Of a stretch of DNA of 64,000 nucleotides, positions 59,438 through 64,000 are shown piece after piece. A program made the translations under genes and the position numbers. Each line of letters opens with the position of its first letter. The stretch's first letter is position 1. Under the pieces are notes generated by a model. The model had not been told where the DNA came from. It did not search any database and worked only from the letters and a program-made list of their open reading frames with translations. The DNA comes from Candidatus Enterousia sp. (GTDB taxonomy: Bacteria > Pseudomonadota > Alphaproteobacteria > Rs-D84), in NCBI GenBank assembly GCA_045635825.1, contig JAZTWM010000006.1, positions 12,265-76,264 of the forward strand, given 5' to 3'.

Positions 59438-60250
59438 ATGCCAAAAAGAATACCAGATGATGAATTGACGCCAGAACAGTTGGCGAAACGTGAAAAACGC
59501 AGACGCTATTTGGCGGAAAATCGCGAAAGGATTAGTGCACAAAGACGTGATTACTATATGCGTAATGCGGAAAAAATACGTGAACGTTCACGCTTGAATA
59601 TGCGTGCCATGTCAACCGAAGAACGCAGAATCAAGGATAGGAAGTATCGTGAAAAGCATGGTGATGAAATTCGTGCCAGAAAAAAACAGCGTTATCTGGA
59701 AACGGCCGAGGTTTGCAAGGCACGTTCTAAGCGGTATTATGCAGGATTGACCCCAGAACAGAAAAAAGAACGTGTGGCCGCCAAACGTGGCAGTGCACAG
59801 GCATGGGTTGAAAGAAATATTGAACAGGTGCAGGCTGCACGACATCGTTATTATGAAGCCCATCGTGAGAAAAAATTGGCGTATGGTGCGAAGTATATTG
59901 AAGAACACATAGATGAATTGCATGCAAAATCGGCCCAGGTGCGTCGTGAAAAAACAGATGCACGTAAAATGTGTCCGGCGTTTCGCTTTACAGAATATCT
60001 GCGATTAAAAGAAAATGCACGTTTTGTTGCAGTGTATCGTCCGCAAACAAACCTGGCACACAAGGCGGCCAAGACATGTGTGGCGATTCAAAATGCAGAC
60101 TATTCATTGTGTCCAATTTGTTCTAATCCAAGAATTGCCGGGGATAAGATGGTGGCGACCTGCCCTATGCCGCATGTGTTCGAATTTGATGATGCCGTTC
60201 AGCAAATTCGCAATTTCGCAAAACAGATTGTCGCAGAAAATAAAAGATAA
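59438..60250 (+). CDS. Highly charged Arg/Lys/Glu repeat protein with Cys-containing C-terminus
   Basis: Repeats such as RYLAENRERI, DYYMRNAEKI, KYREKHGDEI; C-terminal CxxC; ends AENKR. Confidence 0.75.
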   Translation: MPKRIPDDELTPEQLAKREKRRRYLAENRERISAQRRDYYMRNAEKIRERSRLNMRAMSTEERRIKDRKYREKHGDEIRARKKQRYLETAEVCKARSKRYYAGLTPEQKKERVAAKRGSAQAWVERNIEQVQAARHRYYEAHREKKLAYGAKYIEEHIDELHAKSAQVRREKTDARKMCPAFRFTEYLRLKENARFVAVYRPQTNLAHKAAKTCVAIQNADYSLCPICSNPRIAGDKMVATCPMPHVFEFDDAVQQIRNFAKQIVAENKR

Positions 60251-60261
60251 TAGGATAAAAA

Positions 60262-61491
60262 ATGGATAAAAAGTTAGTGAAGTTCAATTTGGCGGATGAG
60301 ATTAAATCTGAGGCACCAGCGGGGTATGTAGAATCGTTGGAAAAATTAGTTAATGATATCGTGATTCCACGTGAGTTGGAAAAGATGTGCACCCAAGAAG
60401 GTCGTGTGTACAACCATAGTTTTGCAGATTATCAAAAATTGGCACGTGATATTTGGGGTGATACAATATCTGTCACGATAAAAAATGCCCCACATAGGGT
60501 TTTGTGTGGATCTGTGGGCAGTGCAAATCATCAAAATGCAGGTTATCATACATATTGGCGATTGATTGCCGATGATGGTACGCATTCTTATCAGGCACAA
60601 GAACAACATTGTGCGGCCGAATGTATATGTAAAGAGTTGCAAGTATTTGCAAATCAAAATAACGGCAGATTGCAATGGTTGGTTAAGAGTTTGTTGGCAA
60701 AACAAATCGGTTATCAGGCATTGCGTCAAAAAATGGGGTTACAGTCTTTGCATTTAGGGGCAGACGATGAAATAAAATCGATTTATAATATTAAGAAAGG
60801 GGCAACGATTTCTGGGGACGCAATGTTGGTTAATGATGTGTTCTTGAATACTTCGTGGGATAATCAGATGCGTCGAATTGCGGACAAGGTGTCGTATGGA
60901 TTGCGTGCGTTGGCACCCTTGTTGTGTGATGGTTCTGTAATTGATGGCGATAGCAGTAAAAATTGTATTTTTGTTAGTCATCCAAGCCTTAGATGTGGGG
61001 AAGATATTGTGGGTTCCTCTTATTATAAGCATAATGTGGATCATTGTTTGTATCGTAAGAATTGTTTGCTTGATCCGGGTGTGCATGAATTGGCAAGAAT
61101 CATAAATAATAAGATTGAGTTTGGTCGTAGATTGCGTGGTAGCGGTAATGTGGTCGAAACTGAACCTGTTATGCCGGGGGTAACGGGTGCAAAAAATCAT
61201 AGCGATGTTTATGATAATGTAGTGACTTCTACGCCAGAACCATGTGTTCGGTTTCCTTTCCTGCAAAATGGAAATAAAACTTTAATATGGGCGGGGGTTA
61301 CATGCGTTTCATTTGCTGGATTTTTGATGTGTGTTTCATTGGCAAAGCGGTGTGCCGAAGAATTGGTGGCCGAGAGAGAAAAATCACATAAAAAGGAAAT
61401 CGTGATAGATAGGCCAGATTCTGTACATAATCAGCGTGGTGATATTGAATGGCATAATGTATCAAATGCACGTAATGGACACAGCAGATAG
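60262..61491 (+). CDS. Hypothetical protein, tandem paralog A (C-terminal TM)
   Basis: SD AGGA; N-terminus near-identical to 61523..62800. Confidence 0.8.
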   Translation: MDKKLVKFNLADEIKSEAPAGYVESLEKLVNDIVIPRELEKMCTQEGRVYNHSFADYQKLARDIWGDTISVTIKNAPHRVLCGSVGSANHQNAGYHTYWRLIADDGTHSYQAQEQHCAAECICKELQVFANQNNGRLQWLVKSLLAKQIGYQALRQKMGLQSLHLGADDEIKSIYNIKKGATISGDAMLVNDVFLNTSWDNQMRRIADKVSYGLRALAPLLCDGSVIDGDSSKNCIFVSHPSLRCGEDIVGSSYYKHNVDHCLYRKNCLLDPGVHELARIINNKIEFGRRLRGSGNVVETEPVMPGVTGAKNHSDVYDNVVTSTPEPCVRFPFLQNGNKTLIWAGVTCVSFAGFLMCVSLAKRCAEELVAEREKSHKKEIVIDRPDSVHNQRGDIEWHNVSNARNGHSR

Positions 61492-61522
61492 TGGCAGAAA
61501 ATCAAAGATAATAGGATAAAAA

Positions 61523-62800
61523 ATGGATAAAAAGTTAGTGAAGTTCAGTTTAGCGGACGGTATTAAATCTCTGGCACCAGCGGGGTATGTAGAATCGCTG
61601 GAAAACTTAGTTAATGATATCGTGATTCCACGTGAGTTAGAAAAGATGTGCGCCCAAGAAGGCCGTGTGTACAATTATAATTTTGCAGATTATCAAAAAA
61701 TGGCACGTGATATTTGGGGTGATACAAAGCTTGTTCGTCTTGTTGTGGGTACTGATGAGTATTATCTGTCGTCGATTGGTGGATTTGGTCATGAAGGGTT
61801 TGGTGGACGCTATACAGAAGAAGTGTTGAACGCAGATGTTGATGGTGTTGTTTATCAGGCCCAGGAACAGGATTTGCCATGGGGCTTTGATAAGTGGCCA
61901 GCAAGGTTAAAGAGATTTGCAAATAAAGATAATCCCAGATTAAGATGGTTGGTTAAGCATTTGTTGGTACAGCAACCAGGATATAAGGAATTGCGTAAAA
62001 AAATGGGGCTGAGTTATGTGTTTTTGGGGGCGATAGATGAATTCAAGGCAATTTATAATGTGCAAAATGGTGGTTATGTTGATTCAAGTGTGCAGAGTGT
62101 TTTTGCGTCAATGATGGATCAGGACCCTTATTACAGAAAATGCAGGCCAGATGTAATTGAAAAATTAGAAATCCAACTGCGTAAATTGGCATCGTTGTTG
62201 TGTGATGGTTCGGTAATTGAGGGCGATGCAAGCAAGAATTGGATTTATGTGGACCACCCTAGTTTCCATAGTCCCTTCTCTTTGATTGGTAGATCGTACA
62301 CTAAATATTCTGTGTATGGTGCGTTGTATGATTATAATACGTTTATGCACTATGGTTCTGATCCGGCTCGTGTGGCCCGTGAAGTAAATAATATTGTTGA
62401 TTATAACAGAGTAGCTAATGGAGTGATGGCGTCTGAGCCACCGGTGCGACCTGTGAAGGGTGTAAAAATTCACAGCGATGTGTACGATGTTGTTGAAGGA
62501 TTGAAAACGGAATCTTTGGTTAAGGATTTGCGTACCTTGGCATCAAAGTTGGATGGCGATGCGGTTTTGGGTGCCGATAAGACAACAAATCATGTTTTTG
62601 TAGATCATCCATCTTTTAAGTATGGCCCAGAATCTGTCTTGGGTGTGGCGAATTATAAATTACCAGCTTCATCCGTTGTTGGGGGTATGAACCGTATCGC
62701 ACGTGCCGGTGGTGTGGATGGGTTTGCGAATGAAATGAATAACAGAATTGCATTCTATAAAAAATTGAAACTGAATCAGACAAATACAAAACAAAGATAG
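61523..62800 (+). CDS. Hypothetical protein, tandem paralog B (internal domain duplication)
   Basis: Same 5' region as paralog A; two copies of LR.LAS.L.....DHPSF. Confidence 0.8.
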   Translation: MDKKLVKFSLADGIKSLAPAGYVESLENLVNDIVIPRELEKMCAQEGRVYNYNFADYQKMARDIWGDTKLVRLVVGTDEYYLSSIGGFGHEGFGGRYTEEVLNADVDGVVYQAQEQDLPWGFDKWPARLKRFANKDNPRLRWLVKHLLVQQPGYKELRKKMGLSYVFLGAIDEFKAIYNVQNGGYVDSSVQSVFASMMDQDPYYRKCRPDVIEKLEIQLRKLASLLCDGSVIEGDASKNWIYVDHPSFHSPFSLIGRSYTKYSVYGALYDYNTFMHYGSDPARVAREVNNIVDYNRVANGVMASEPPVRPVKGVKIHSDVYDVVEGLKTESLVKDLRTLASKLDGDAVLGADKTTNHVFVDHPSFKYGPESVLGVANYKLPASSVVGGMNRIARAGGVDGFANEMNNRIAFYKKLKLNQTNTKQR

Positions 62801-62859
62801 CAAAAAAACATACTGGACATGGGGTGGATTTTGGTGTATCATCTGCCCTGTCCTTATCT

Positions 62860-62933
62860 GCGGGCGTGGTATAATGGTAGCACGTCAGCTTCCCAAGCTG
62901 AAGACGAGGGTTCGATTCCCTTCGCCCGCACCA
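62860..62933 (+). tRNA. tRNA-Gly(CCC)
   Basis: Anticodon arm TCAGC-TTCCCAA-GCTGA; GTTCGA; 74 nt; CCA. Confidence 0.95.
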
Positions 62934-63025
62934 TCCGCCTTCGCTTAGCGCTGCGGCGCGATTTGCGGCGCAACGGTTAGAGAAGTGGATGCTGCGCCAA
63001 AATGAAATGGAGGCGAGCTGATATT

Positions 63026-63265
63026 ATGTTCTATGTGTATATTTTGCAGTCGCAAATTTTTCCAGACAGATTTTATATTGGTTATACGGCGGATTTAAAG
63101 CGAAGGTTGTATGAACACAATAATGGATTGTCAGTACATACAAAGAAATATAAACCATGGTATTTGAAGAATTATGTCGCTTTTCAAGATGAGGAAAAGG
63201 CCAGACGTTTTGAACGGTATCTTAAAACAGGCAGTGGACGGCGTTTTGTAAAGCAACATTTGTGA
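63026..63265 (+). CDS. Small GIY-YIG nuclease
   Basis: YVYIL.S, YIGYT.DL.RRL.EHN, A...E.YLK. Confidence 0.9.
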   Translation: MFYVYILQSQIFPDRFYIGYTADLKRRLYEHNNGLSVHTKKYKPWYLKNYVAFQDEEKARRFERYLKTGSGRRFVKQHL

Positions 63266-63293
63266 TGCTTCGTGTGGCACAGCCATAAAATTC

Positions 63294-63320
63294 AGCCGAC
63301 CCTTTGCGGTCGGTTTTTTA
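63294..63320 (+). terminator. Intrinsic terminator after the tRNA-Gly/GIY-YIG unit
   Basis: AGCCGACC-CTTTGC-GGTCGGTT plus T run. Confidence 0.75.
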
Positions 63321-63399
63321 TTCTTAAAGTTGGTTGATATATAATTTTCTTCGTGGCATACTGTGGGTATGGAATCTTTTTTAGCATAGGGGATTTATT

Positions 63400-64000
63400 A
63401 TGAATATTATTTCTGTGGATACCAAACCGTTTGATAATCAAAAACCAGGAACTGGGGGGCTAAGAAAACAAACATCTGTTTTTATGGCCCCTAATTTTTT
63501 AGAAAACTTTATTCAGTCAGCCATAAATGCCAGAACTGTTGATGGTACGACTTTGCGGACGTGGGTCGTTGGTGGGGATGGCAGATATCCAGGGATGCAA
63601 TTCTTGCCAAAGATTATCAAGATATTGGTTGCAAATGGTGTGGAAAAGATTTTAGTCGTGGGACGTGATTTGGTTGCCCCAACACCTGCAATTTCACATA
63701 TTATACGCAAGTATAAGGCAGACGGTGGATTTATTTTGTCGGCATCGCATAATCCGGCCGGCCAAAATGGGGACTTTGGGGTCAAGGTGGAAATGGATAA
63801 TGGTGGTCAGGCAACGGAAAGTTTCACAAATGCATTGTATGAACAGACCAAGTCTATAACGCAATATAAAACATTGGACATCAGTGATTTAGAGGTTGGT
63901 GATTTGACGCAGGTTGAATATGTTGACCCGATTGCTGACTATGCGGATTTGTTGGAATCTATGTTTGATTTTGATGCGATACGTGCGTGGTTTGCCGATG
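63400..64000 (+). CDS. pgm: Phosphoglucomutase (runs off the window edge)
   Basis: Manual translation: MNIISVDTKPFDNQKPGTGGLRK, VGGDGRY, PTPAIS, LSASHNPAG..DFGVK. Confidence 0.93.
   Translation, partial: MNIISVDTKPFDNQKPGTGGLRKQTSVFMAPNFLENFIQSAINARTVDGTTLRTWVVGGDGRYPGMQFLPKIIKILVANGVEKILVVGRDLVAPTPAISHIIRKYKADGGFILSASHNPAGQNGDFGVKVEMDNGGQATESFTNALYEQTKSITQYKTLDISDLEVGDLTQVEYVDPIADYADLLESMFDFDAIRAWFAD

Noticed and set aside
58560-62810. Integron attC cassettes
   Set aside because: Gaps of 1-31 nt cannot hold attC hairpins, and no RYYYAAC/GTTRRRY pairs or intI gene were seen.
58166-62933. Integrase-type genomic island at tRNA-Gly
   Set aside because: The array lies 5' of the tRNA, with no integrase and no duplicated tRNA 3' end found.
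63369-63389. Six-codon uORF (MESFLA) before pgm
   Set aside because: Too short and lacks informative codons; indistinguishable from chance.

Overview
Gene-dense chromosomal window from a streamlined alphaproteobacterium (gcrA, ybgC-tolQRA, rodZ, alpha-type LysM protein). Its gene content resembles uncultured gut lineages such as Ca. Enterousia/Rs-D84; that placement is inference from recall, not a search. Housekeeping genes (leuS, tkt, hisS, prfA, uvrA, rlmE, thyA, tig, rplM/rpsI, argS, ruvB, rplY, pfkA, pgm) and five tRNAs are interleaved with many orphan genes. Main observations: (1) an unnamed ~50-aa module (DxSFxxRxxNxxxGYxPYAxxSA) is shared by an M23 peptidase, a GH108-like muramidase and a third exported protein; the latter two lie in a prepilin-peptidase-led cluster with pore-former-like proteins (27.6-34.1 kb), a candidate cell-attack system. 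(2) 18 signal-peptide-less accessory proteins end in a Q/K/R-rich tail with a terminal K/R, a candidate C-terminal translocation signal. (3) A stand-alone SRP54/Ffh M-domain protein has eroded RNA-binding motifs. (4) A dif-like site at 25708 has GGGCAGGG (KOPS) motifs converging on it and an adjacent tandem repeat carrying XerD-arm-like sequences, yet no visible G/T skew switch. (5) Many genes look leaderless, with a -10 box exactly 7 nt before the ATG. (6) CACGTG is highly iterated. (7) A large mosaic Cys-rich exported gene is split by one in-frame TGA. All counts and alignments were done by eye.
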